Positions 51,369 through 63,093 of a DNA stretch of 64,000 nt are shown in pieces. The DNA lies in the NCBI GenBank assembly GCA_002104905.1, contig MCFE01000187.1, positions 62,001 to 126,000 on the forward strand, written 5' to 3'. Under the pieces are notes generated by a model. That model had not been told where the DNA came from. It saw only the letters and a program-made list of their open reading frames with translations, and did not search any database. Made by a program: the position numbers and the translations under genes. The stretch is from Basidiobolus meristosporus CBS 931.73. Its lineage: Eukaryota; Fungi; Basidiobolomycota. Within the stretch, counting starts at the first letter, position 1. Each line of letters starts with the position of its first letter.

Positions 51369-53500
51369 GCATTCAGCTCTATGTTTGTAGTATAGCCACT
51401 CATATCCCATCACAAACTCCTCACACAACGGCTGCAGATGCGTCAAGTTGGCATTGGTGATCTGCTTCTGGATAAATATTCCTACAATGTCCACATATGA
51501 CTCCCAATGCTTCCAACATACTCTTGGTAGGAATGGCTTCAGAACACCACTTGAATAAATACATATCCAGTTCATCCAGTCTTTGCATTTGTATTGTTGC
51601 ATATGCATACAAATATTAATTGGAGCCCATGGGAAGTACTTAGAGTAGTGGATACTCTGTAATATCTTGCCAATTTTTTCAAATTTCTCTAGTATCTCAG
51701 AGCACTCATTTAGCTTAAAATGCCCATGTACAACTTGGTCATCAGTATAAGGATATTGCTGAAAAGCAAATGTATTGCTCCCAGTGGAAAGCTTTTGCTC
51801 CAATAGATACCCTCTATCTTAAGTATCTTTGGTTTCCATTTGATTTTGTATTCCGGCCAACAATTTTAGCTTGCCAACTTTGCTGCAATTGCATACTTAC
51901 TTGTGTATGTTTTCTCTGTGCAAAAATGATGTTTTTAGTGCTGGCGTTTGGGTAATAATAATGTGTGTGAGTTATAGAGTAAATCCCCTGGATCTCACAC
52001 ATTTAACAGCAATAACGTCCATTGTGCCCAGAAAACCCTGCTATCTTGCTGATGGCTGGGGTATCTCCAATGCAGATAATAATACACGCTTTCACATGAC
52101 AGCCATTTACCATTATCCCACTGGAAAGCATAGAAAACTCATCCAGCAATGGATACAGGTAGCTATCCAGGTGGGACGGTGATTTAGGCCCAGATACCAG
52201 TGAGACTACCATCAGATTATTGCTCTGATACCGTAAGATGGGCGGCAGATTCAGATTGATGATAATCAGTGGCCAGCAGGATTTGCTGGTAGAGTACTTG
52301 TTGGATGAGAATCCATCAAGTACTAAAGCAAAGGCATGGTCATACGTACCTTCATAGTAGCCCTTGCTTCTTAGCTGTTTGTAATGTTTGGCATCAAATA
52401 TATCCGATATGTTTGCGCTTGATTGATACTGAGTGCAGTACTGTATAGCGTTGCAATACTTGTCAGACTGCATCAGCTTCCTCAGATGGGGTATGACTGG
52501 AATATATTTGGAGTGTGAACAATGTTTTCCCTAATAGTGGTGGATTCCTAACAATTTGGACATGTTGCAATGGTAGCATTTTTAGATGTGAATGCCATGC
52601 AACTGTTAACACATGCTGAATCAGGACAGGCTCTGGATCATATGTTGCCAGCTGCATGATGGTTGTCCACTTGTACCATGTACATTGTAAGTTGCATCCC
52701 GGTATGATTTTGGCAAGAAGTAGTAATAAATCCTCAAAGCCCCCATCACTGATATTAGTGAAAATGCACCACTTCTCTAGCCACAACATTACATCATTTA
52801 CCAGTAGATGAATTACTGGGCTCACTTGGCTCCATAAAGTATCCTTGTCATTTGTTTCAACGGGTGTTGTCTCATTGCATATAGGGATTTGACTGGGCTC
52901 ATATATGGTACTGTTCTTAGGAGTGATAGGCTCAAAATCCATCAGTGAACCTTCTTTATCATAGCTATCACTCTACATACCATATTCAGAAGGCTGAGGT
53001 GAGCCTAAAGGCATCACAAGCTCACCTGACTCAGTTTGCACAAGGTGACATAGATGGCAATGTGCCAATATAGAAGTATCAACTGGCTGGCAAGATAATG
53101 TTGGTACAGTAGTGACCAATGAAGGGTCAAATATGACTTGGGTGGCAAAACACTGGCTGTGATCCTTGTAATACTTCCTATGCTGTCTACATGCTTTATG
53201 GCTGAGAGGCTTGGCACAATAGCCACATGGTCATTTTTCTCTTCTCTTATAGTATTGAGTCAAAGTAGTCTTGTCCATGGGGCAAGCAGTTTGACCCTCA
53301 ACAACAGAATGCTATAATATCACTTTTTGGTCAATACTCTTGTGAACTTAAGACAGTCTTGTATTTGAGACATTGCACCTACATGAATGTAAGATTCAAT
53401 GATGACCTGCCATAGTAAGCATCATAAATAAAGTTGTGGCACCACATACACATGTATATGTAACACTATTTCCCCTTTGGCTTGACTCACTTGCAATTAT

Positions 53501-54289
53501 TTGCTGCCAAAAAATAAAGCAAAGTTGTCTGGTTATCAACCAAACCCCACAGCTGACAGCAACAGAAGAACAGTTGGACAGCAGCTTGCTTTGACATTCA
53601 GTGCAACTAGTGGGGCTACATCCAAAATAGGCCCTGTAGATAGTGTGCCAATTGAAGGTAATAATACAGACTCCTCAGGCTCTCAGTCAAGTAGGCAATT
53701 TATAATCTCTGCAGAGCCACAAGCTGACTGTTGTGCTCAGGCAGATGGGAATGTAGCAATTACAGTACCCTCAGTTGAAGATCAGCAAGTGGCCATGATA
53801 ACATCACCACCACCTATATTAGCAAGTATGTTGTCAGCTCACACCAAAGTACCAATGAAGCCATTAGGTGCAGTGACTGATAGGATAGATGCAATGGCCA
53901 AGAGAAATCAGGAAATTGTCCAGAAACAGGATGAGCGGATAATACGCATAGAGCAATCAATATTGCAGGTAGAGAAAGCAGAATCTTTGCTGCAACAAAG
54001 GAACTCAAGTAGCTCAATGTCACAGCCAAGAATTGAGCCATTTCCCAATGTGTCAGCAGAAGCACACTGTACAGTCTTTGAAGCACAACAACAGTGTCCA
54101 AAGATAAAGCCCACAGAAAAACCTATCACAGCATGGGAGGAAGACAATGTGGTGTTTATACCAAAGCCTAAAAATCAAAAGACATTAAAGATCTGTGAAG
54201 CCGTTGAGTTCAATAATGAAGAGTGTGCTAATATACAAGAGGCTGTCAGAAGTCTAGCATGCCATCACTTCATGGCTGGCACACCATGA
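53501..54289 (+). pseudogene. ORF2 of the CACTA-type element (longest open piece, 262 aa; function unknown)
   Basis: Homologous pieces at 21740-24050, 31063-31990, 37060-37347, 45790-46000, 55988-56434 and 61310-62190. S/T/Q-rich N-terminus, coiled-coil-like middle. Non-ATG ORF start, so the true start is uncertain. Confidence 0.65.
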
Positions 54290-54674
54290 AACCATCAGGT
54301 ACTCAAGGCCAAGCAAAATGCACTTGACTTTTTCCATGAGGATTACCCTGGGTTCAAATGGGCAAACAGATTTTGGGCCAGGATTGGTATACCAAGAAGG
54401 TATCTTAAGAAAAGCAGAAACTATAAAAGGCAGAAGAACAAGGGTGCCATGGCTAAAAACCAGCAGCTTCCTCAAGAGCCTGTTACAAGCAGGGCCAAAA
54501 GCTCCAGACAAGCATCAAAGAGATGTCAGGTAGCTGGAAGAGTGCCAATTAGGGACAAGCAGGCAGATATGGATGCACCAGCACACCATTTATCTAGGAA
54601 AAGGCGTAGTACCACTCAAGAAGCACCCAGTCAAAGTAGCCATGAAGGATCTGGCAGTGATAAAAACTAGCCAC

Positions 54675-55754
54675 TGTGGTGGTATATAAGTCTAAAGGGC
54701 AAAATATGGCCAACACTTCTCAAGTGTGAATGTGTGTGGGATGATCACTGGGTGCAATAACCTCTGGCAAAAGCTTGCTAGGAATACTGGTTCTTTTGTT
54801 TAATCTAAGGTGAAGGGGGATAAAGCCTCAAACTTTTCAAGGGAAAACTATTGAGCTACAATCCCCAACATAGGTAGCATCTTAACAAAAGCTTATAATG
54901 GCTTCAATGTCCTTTGAGATGACAGTGTACTAAAGCTTTCAAAGTCAAAACATCTATAAACTCTACCAACAGGGACTTGATAAGAATGCAGCTTTGACCA
55001 ATAGTTACAAAGACTGAAAAGTATCTTTGCCTTTACAAGAACAAACTTGTGAAAACAATCAAATATAATAAAAGATACCTACTCTGAATACTCCTCATAA
55101 GTAGTGCCTCCAAGGTCAGTTGGCTGTCAGTGCAGTTTCCTGGGAGTATTGTCAGGTCTGCGTCAGAAGGTAGTGGTAATAGGCAGCTGTGATCTCACTA
55201 CTCAATAAGTTGGAATATTGGATGAGGGATGATTTTTTTGTAAAGGATAGCCTCCCTCATATACTTTTTTGCTGCTCAAATTCTTGCTAGAAAATACTTT
55301 CCAGAAGTTTCCAGAAGGCAGTAGACAGCCAATCATGTTGTTGTGTACTATAAATAGCTCAAATTTTTGGCAGATTGTTCCATGAGACATTGTGGTACTT
55401 AGCCAATCAGAGAGTTGTAATATGAAACCTCTGTGTCAGGTAGTTACCTCATATGGTAGTAGGATAAGAGGGTTATGAAACCAGGATGGTCACATGACAT
55501 AGGCACTGTTGGGGGTACTTGCCATATATGGTAACTATCTTATCTTGGCATCTTGGCAAGGAATAGGAAGAGCTTGTGCAATGGGTCAATAGTGACAAAT
55601 AGTTTACCAGGTTAGAGAGTAATAACCACATAGACAGATAGAAAATATTGCAATTTGGGATGATACTAATATAGGGGGTGGTAATCCTTTTTTGGGAAGT
55701 GAATGTATGGGAATGAACACATCTGCCTGTGGGTGTCACTGTGACCCCACTATA
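54675..55754 (-). mobile_element. Solo LTR, family B, more diverged (1080 bp)
   Basis: TGTGGTGG...CCCCACTATA; flanks CCAC/CCGC; interrupts ORF2 (empty site at ~23190). Confidence 0.87.
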
Positions 55755-58405
55755 CCGCTTTACAGGAGCCTGTCACAACTATGGTTGGGAGCTCAAAACA
55801 AGTGGAAAAGAAATGTCAGGTTGCCAGAAGAGTGCCAGCAAGGGACAAGCAGGCCAAAATGAATGTGTCAGAGCAGAATTTATCCAGGAGAAAATGTAGT
55901 TCTTTACAAGAAGCACTCAGACAAAGTAGCAGTGAAAGACCTGGCAGTGATGAAGGATAAGGCAAGGGGAAAAATGTCTACTCAAGCGTGAGACAAGGAG
56001 GCATGCAAAAGAAACTGCAGTTCTTGCCAATTAATGCCGCAAGCCAGGAACAGACTGAATCCTGTCATAGCCAAGAAGAATTACCAACAAGAAAACAGCT
56101 GTTTTCACAAGAGTCGGAAGTGCAGCCAGTTGAGCTACACTCTAGCAAGGTAGATGAGTTTGCTGAAAAAGGCAATTTGTCTACCACAGCCTCCATTGTT
56201 GACAGAGTGGAGATCATACTGATAGACAAGGCTACAATGTCAAGAGCTCAAAAGACTATTACAATGCCTTCAGTGGAGTTTTGGAACATTAATAGGCACA
56301 CCAAGAGGTTGCAGCACTTCTTCAAGAGCTGTGCTCAAGAAAATGCACTGGAATATTGCAAGGATTTATTGCAAAGACTGGCAGATGAGGAGCTAGACCT
56401 TGTGGTGCTGGCTGAAGACCAGGACATGTGGTAACCAGTTAATGAACAGTGGCATAAAGCTGTTGAGCTCCCGCCAAAGTCATGGAACCAGAGCATTACA
56501 GCAGAAATACTTATTGAGTGATGAATATAAATGGAGTTACTTGTTGAGTGTGGGGTTGGGCTTAATGTTGGTGTGGGGTATAAAGACTTGTATAGGTCAA
56601 TACAATTGGCAATTGAGGTACAACTGAAGTTTCAATGGAGATAAATCAATTTGTATGCATGAAAAGTATGAGAAATGGTTGAGTCATGAAGTAATGAGTG
56701 TGCAAAAGAGGCAATAGCCAATCAATTCACACAAATATAGGAGGCAATAGTGTGTCCAGGATCAGAAAGTGAGCAAATTGGCAGGGAACCAATCAAAACG
56801 CACATCTGCATTAGACTTGTTCTGTTGGGTAGTGCCACATTGAGCCATGAGTGCCAAATGATGCCATAGAGTGCCATGGGGGCAAAGTGATCCTACGCTT
56901 GGCCACAGAGTATGCAGCATTGCTCTGCATCTTCATGCAAAGCAGCCCCTGTGTTTCACCCAATGTGTTGGAGAAAATCCATTTTTTGACCTTTTTTTTA
57001 GGTCAATACAGTACATGATGTGTAAGTGCACAAAAGGATTGAAGATATGCATCTGGTACTCAATACCCATGGCACTCTGAATCTAGCTCCTGTGGCTTGT
57101 AACATGTCACAGAAATGCATGGCACTATCTTGGTCCACTAGTACTATCTGGCACTATCAGTTCTTTGCATTGATCTTACTTCAGGGCTAATAATAAAATA
57201 GAGTGACAGATAGTACTAGTGGACCAAGATTGTGCCATGCATTTTTGTGACATGTTACAAGCCACAGGAGCTAGATTCAGAGTGCCATGGGTATTGAGTA
57301 CCAGATGCATATCTTCAATCCTTTAGTGCACTAACACATCCTGCACAACTTTGATCCACAAAAAAACATCAAAGAATGGATTTTCTCCTGCATCATAGGT
57401 AAAACACAGGGACTGCTTTGCATGAAGATGCAGAGCTATGTTTCACACTCTGTGGCCAAGTATAGGTTCACTTGGCCACTCTGGCACACCATGGCATCAT
57501 TTGGCACTCATGGCTCAATGTGGCACTATCCAACGGTGCAGTGGGGTGACATTGACTCCCACTGACAGGTGTGCTCATTCCCATATTTTCTACTTCCCTA
57601 TATCTCTACTACATTTATTTTAGTTTTATCCCATTTGTCTTACCTGATCAGTACTATCCCATAAGCTGGTTGACTATTATACCTGCTTACCCTATTGCAT
57701 AAATTACCCCTCACATTATGTAAGATTACTAGTTATAAGTGCTTCTATATTAGGCAAGTACCTGCGCCAGTACCCATGGCACGTGATCAACCCGTGTCAC
57801 CATCCCACCATTTTCCTACCATATATGGTATCCCTGTGTTACACAGGTTTCAGAATACTGTTCCCTGATTGGCTGGATGTGCTGTGCCTCTTAGAACCTT
57901 CCAGCACCTACTTAGAACATTCTTAGGTCATTCCAATGTCCTTAAGATTTCTATTGATATCTGGAACCTTCTGGAACACTATGATTAGTGATCACTTAGC
58001 TAGTAAGAGAAGTATATAAGGGAGGCTATCCCTCAACAATAAATCATCATCCCTTTTATCAATATACCAACTTGTTGATTAGTGTGATCACCGCTACCTG
58101 CTGCTACCTGAACTTCCAACCCCAGACCACAAGAAACTCCCAGGAAACCGCACTGATAGCCAACTGACCTTGTAGGCACTACATGTGAGGAATACTCAGA
58201 GTAGGTATCTATTATAATATTTGATTCATTCCCAAGTTTGTTCTTATACAGGCAAAGATACTTTTCTGTCTTTGTAACTATTGACCACAGCTGCATTCTT
58301 ATCACATCCCTGCTTGTGGAGTTTACAGTTGTTTTGACTTTGGAAGCTTTAGTACATTGTCATCTCAAAGGACGCTGAACCCCGCATATACTTTTGTTAG
58401 GACAC

Positions 58406-59209
58406 TGTGGTGGTGTAGAGGTACGCCTGGGAGAAGCTATACAACTCAAGGTGTGTGAGGTGTCTGATGGGTGCAATAGCCTCTGTGTCTAAACTGCTGG
58501 TGTCTTTGTCAATACGTCACTATGGTAAAAGCTCCTGCTTCTTGAGCTACCTAGGTGCTCCAAGTGTCTCCAAAGGCCTCTGTGTGTCTTGTGCACTAAC
58601 CTGAAAAGCTCCTTGATGGCAGGTCTGAGATATACTGTTGAAGGCAGGTGCAGTGATCAACTGCTAATTAATAAGGGAGAAGTGTTATTGATAGAAGGGA
58701 TGATTTATTGATGAGGGATAGCTTTCCCTTAAATACTTTTCTTAATGGCTAAGTGATTACCAAGGACAAGGTTCTTGAAGATTCTAGGGAGCAGTGGAAT
58801 TCTTGATGACAACACTATGAGCTAAAAATATGCCAAGAATGTCCCAGAAGGTTCTAAAAGGCACAGCACATCCAACCAATCAGGAATCAGTAGTCTGAAA
58901 CATGTGCAACATAGAAATACCATATATGGTACTGAAATGGTAGGGATGGTAACACAGATATATGTCATGTGTCACAGGTACTGACGTGGGTACTTGCCTT
59001 ATGTAGCTACAGATACTGCTCACAAGGCTGAATAACATCTGGGATAACTAATGCTAATAACTAATCAGGGTAAACAGCATATGGGGATAATACTAATAAT
59101 ATGAGCAAAAGAAGAATGGGATAATACTGATAAGATAAAATATGGATAAGTATATCATAATGGCTCTATGAATAAACATGACTGTGGGAGGTATGTTTAC
59201 CCTACCACA
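58406..59209 (-). mobile_element. Solo LTR, family C (804 bp)
   Basis: TGTGGTGGTG...CCTACCACA; TSD ACAC/ACAC. Confidence 0.9.
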
Positions 59210-59213
59210 ACAC

Positions 59214-60282
59214 TGTGGTGGTGTATAGGTCCAAGGGAGAGATACGTCCAACACTTCTCAAGTGTTTTGTGTGTGGGGTGTTCACTGGGTGCAATAACCT
59301 CTGGCAAAAGCTTGCTAGGAATACTTGGGTTCTGTCTCTAGTCTAATGTGAAGGGGAATAAAGCCACAAGCTTGTCAAGGGAAAACTATTGAGCTACAAT
59401 CCCCAACTTAGTTGGCGTCTTAACAAAAGTATGTGCTGGGTTCAGCATCCTTTGAGATGACAATGTACTAAAGCTTCCAAAGTCAAAACAACTGTAAACT
59501 CCACCAGCAGGGACTTGATAAGAATGCAGCTGTGGTCAATAATTACAAAGACAGAAAAGTATCTTTGCCTGTACAAGAACAAACTTGGGAAAGAATCAAA
59601 TATAACAAAAGGTACCTACTCTGAGTATTCCTCACAAGTAGTGCCTCCAAGGTCAGTTGGCTGTCAGCACAGTCTCCTGGGAGTGTCCTTTGGTCTGGGG
59701 TTGGAAGTTCAGGTAGCAGCAGGTAGTAGTGATAACACTAATCAACAAGTTGGTATATTGATAAAAGGGATGATGATTTATTGTAGAGGGATAGCCTCCC
59801 TTATATACTTTTCTCACTGGCTAAGTGATTACTAATCACGGTGTTCCAGAAGGTTCCAGACATCAATAGAAATCTTAATGACATCAGAATGACCTAAGAA
59901 TGTTCTAAGTAGGTGCCAGAAGGTTCTAAGAGGCACAGCACATCCAACCAATCAGGAATCAGTATTCTGAAACCTGTGTAACATGGGGATACCATATATG
60001 GTATGAAAATGGTGGGATGAAGATATGGGTTGATTATGCTTCATGGGTACTGGCACGGGTACTTGCCTACTATATAAGCACTTATAGCTAGTAATCTACA
60101 TAAAGTGAGGGGTAACTTTTGCAATAAGGTAAGCAGGTGTGACAGTCAACCGGCTTATGGGATAGTACTGATTGGGTAAGACAAATGGGATAAAACTAAA
60201 ATAAATGTAGTAGAGATATAGGGAAGTAGAAAATGAGGGAACAAGCACATCTGTCAGTGGGTGTCACTGTCACCCCACTACA
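59214..60282 (-). mobile_element. Solo LTR, family B (1069 bp)
   Basis: TGTGGTGG...CCCCACTACA; flanks ACAC/ATGC. Confidence 0.9.
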
Positions 60283-60679
60283 ATGCCTACCAAGTTGGGG
60301 ATTGTAGCTCAATAGTTTTCCCTTGACAAGCTTGTGGCTTTATTCCCCTTCACATTAGATTAGAAACAGAACCCAAGTATTCTTAGCAAGCTTTGGCCAC
60401 AGGTTATTGCACACAGTGAATACCCCACACAAGACACTTGAGAAGTGTTGGATGTATTTCTCCCTTGGACCTATACACCACCACAACAGAACAAGTCTAT
60501 TGTTGTGATGAGAAATTTTGACTAAGTTTTTTGTGAAATCTGGGGTGCAATTATTTTGGAATGGTCTATGGACAGTGTCCCAACAAGATCACTACCTCTT
60601 AGTTGCAGGACTATAACTTTGTGACAGCCTTTTGACAGGATCATCTCAATAATATTACATAGGATCTATGGAGTCTTCA

Positions 60680-62790
60680 GTTGTAATTTAATTGCCAACT
60701 GTGCTGGCCTATGCAACTCCCTATTCCCAATAATAACATTGAGCCTTATTTTTCACTCAGCAAGTAACCCTATTAAAATCTGATAAGTACCTCTACCACA
60801 GAGCCATTTTTAATGATTTCTGTGGGAACTATATGGCTCTATGCAGTTGTTTATTCACTGGCTCACAAATGTGCTGGTCTGCAGCTGGCACTGCAAGGTC
60901 AAGCACCTTGTCTGCCAGTCTTTGCAGTAAATATGGCAGTCTTCAAGTGAGTTTTCTTGAGCACTACTCTGAAAGAAGTGTTACAACCACCCTGTATTCC
61001 TATTGATGTTCCAGGTTTCCACTCTAGGAATTGCAATAGTCTCCTGAGTCCTCAACACTGTGGCTTTGTCTGTCAGTGGGACCTACATATTAGATTTGTC
61101 CCATCATTCCAGCTGATCATAGTGCCCAATAGTGCCATAACATGCCAGATGGAGCCTGATCATGCCACAGAGTGCCAGACAGTGCCATACAGTGCCAATT
61201 TGGGATCAAAATGACATGCATATGACCCTAAAATATCAAATAATAGCAAAATATAGAGCACTTTTTGGCACTATGATCAATGGCACAATGAAACAAGTCT
61301 ATTGTTAGCAATGAAAGAAATGGGGGCTCTGGTAGATGCATTATCTTTCTCTTCATACACATCTACCTCACTGCAGTGTACCTAAAATGGCTGAGCTGCC
61401 AGCTGCTGTGAACACAGCTGTTGTCTTACTGGTAATACTTTTTGGCCATAATGGGATTCAGCCTGCTCTGGGTTGACAGACTTTTTACAACCTCTTCAGT
61501 ATTAGCCTCTTCATCATCATAATACTGAATGGCTTCAGGTATTGTCCATGTCTTATGCTTTTTAGGCTTTGGTATATATATCACTGTCTTTCCTTCTTGT
61601 GCTGTGATAGTTTTCTCACAGGCTTTATCTTAGGCATTGTTGTTGTGCTTTTAAGAATATATGGTGCTCTTCTGCTGTCACATTGGAAAATGGTGATGTT
61701 CTTGGCTGTGACATTGAGCCACTTGAGCTCCTTTATTGCAGCCTATATGCCACATTCTCTACCTGGGATACAGATTGCTCTACATGTGTTATTTGCTCAT
61801 TCTGTCTCTGGACATTATTTGGATTTCACTTAGCCATAGCATCTGTCCTGTTAGTCACTGTACCTAATTGCCTCATCAATACTTTGGTCTGAGCAGACAG
61901 CATTCTTGCTAACACTGAAGGTGGTGATGTTATGACAATCTTTTGTGGTACTTCTGCAGCAGGTACTATGTTTCCTACATTTCCATCTGTCAGTGCATTA
62001 TGGTCAGCTTGTTGCTCTGCAAAGACTCTCAAATACCTACCTGATGGAGAGCATGAGGAGTCTGCACTGTTATCCTCAGGGCACACACTGTTAATATGGC
62101 TCTTTTTAGATGTAGACTTGCTTGTTACCCTGAATGTCAAAGTAAGCTGCTGTCCAAGCATTCTCTGCTATTTTGGGGCACAATGTCTGCAGTGAAACTT
62201 TGGAACATTAATAGGCACACCAAGAGGATTCAGCAGTTCTTGAGTAGCATCATGCAACAACATATATTGTAAGAGCATATTGCAAAGACTGGCTGATCAG
62301 GTGACAGATCTTGCAGTATCAGCTGAAGACCATGACATATGAGTACCTGTGAATGAACCATGGCATAAAGACATAGGGTCCCCATTAAAGTCATGTGCAA
62401 GAGGTGTTATGACAGACGCACTTATTGAATGGTGTATTTTGATGGTATTTGCTTGTAGATTGTGAGGTTGGGCTTAATTTTTGTGTTAATTATAGGGATT
62501 TGTGTGGGTCAGTACAATTGTAGATTGAGTTACTACTAAAAGTGCACTGGAAATAGACCAATTTATATGCATGCAAAGTCAGAGCATTGGTTGAGTCAGA
62601 AAGTAAGAAGTGTGAAAAGAAGGAATAGTCAATTAATGTGCCCAAAATGAGTGTCTGGGATGTGAAAGTGAGAGAATTGACAGACAACCATTCAAAAGTC
62701 ACTTCTGAGTTGCTGTGTTGGAAAATTTTGACCACATGCTTTGTAAAACATGGGGTGCAATTTTTCTCAGTGGTATTTGCAAGGTGTCCA
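60680..62790. mobile_element. Strongly decayed CACTA ORF2 fragments in both orientations
   Basis: ORF 61826..62161 resembles 53501..; 62190-62600 resembles the VEFWNINRHTKR...KDLLQRL segment. Confidence 0.65.
61092..61300. mobile_element. MITE (209 bp), inverted homologue of 49944..50124, TSD ATT
   Basis: AGATTTGTCCC...GAAACAAGTCT with ATT on both sides. Confidence 0.85.
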
Positions 62791-62799
62791 TATGGCACC

Positions 62800-63090
62800 C
62801 CTGAGTTGACAAAACTCAACCAAATCAGCAAGGCTTGGTGCCAGCTGAAAAATCTGACTTCACCTGTCATTTTAAGGCCATGAGTCTGATATATGTCTTG
62901 CTAGGAACATGTTCAGGTATCTTACATTGGAGTTGTTAGCCAGCATAATCAAAAGCATGGATCTGATAATATTGCAGCAGTTGACTTGACTTTTGATTAC
63001 TTGAAAAGAACTGCTGATATCTGCTCAAGGTGCACCTATCAGGACTGAGAACAGAATCTTGTAGGACATTCTGATGCTGATTGGGGACAT
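62800..63090 (+). pseudogene. Ty1/copia RT C-terminus / RNase H start remnant
   Basis: Translates as ...GVVSQHNQK...NIAAVDLTFDYLKRTADIC...LVGHSDADWG, matching copia GYSDADWAG. Confidence 0.75.
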
Positions 63091-63093
63091 ATT

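Larger units (their letters stand above)
49600..53290 (-). pseudogene. tnp2/Transposase_21-type (En/Spm-CACTA) transposase pseudogene
   Basis: DGFSSNKYSTSKSCWPLIIINLNLPPILRYQSNNLMVVSLVSGPKSPSHLDSYLYPLLDE...GDTPAISKIAGFSGHNGRYCC (52003..52473), with an N-terminal CxxC...CxxH motif. Frameshifted and interrupted. Confidence 0.88.
57537..60485 (+). mobile_element. Solo LTR, family B, split (57537..58405 + 60283..60485) by two further LTRs
   Basis: TGCAGTGGGG...CACCACCACA; flanks ACGG/ACAG. Confidence 0.87.
56813..60498. mobile_element. Foldback MITE (733 bp net: 56813..57536 + 60490..60498) with ~340-bp inverted arms
   Basis: Left arm 56813-57150, loop 57151-57206, right arm 57207-57536 plus 60490-60498. 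TIR AGACTTGTT, TSD ATT; empty site at ~24220. Confidence 0.9.
49385..60664. mobile_element. Best-preserved CACTA/CMC-type copy (left end truncated), carrying six nested insertions
   Basis: Transposase on the minus strand ~49600-53290; ORF2 on the plus strand 53501-54670 and 55759-56640. Subterminal region resumes at 60499 and ends near CATAGGA at ~60664. Confidence 0.82.

Noticed and set aside
60555-60570. CAGTG as the CACTG-type terminus of the CACTA element
   Set aside because: Homology among copies continues about 100 bp further, to CATAGG(G/A). The real terminus is CCCTATG/CATAGGG.
14800-63000. Classical CpA-directed RIP
   Set aside because: CA and TG remain abundant, and the changes read between paralogues centre on CG. 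Not quantified.
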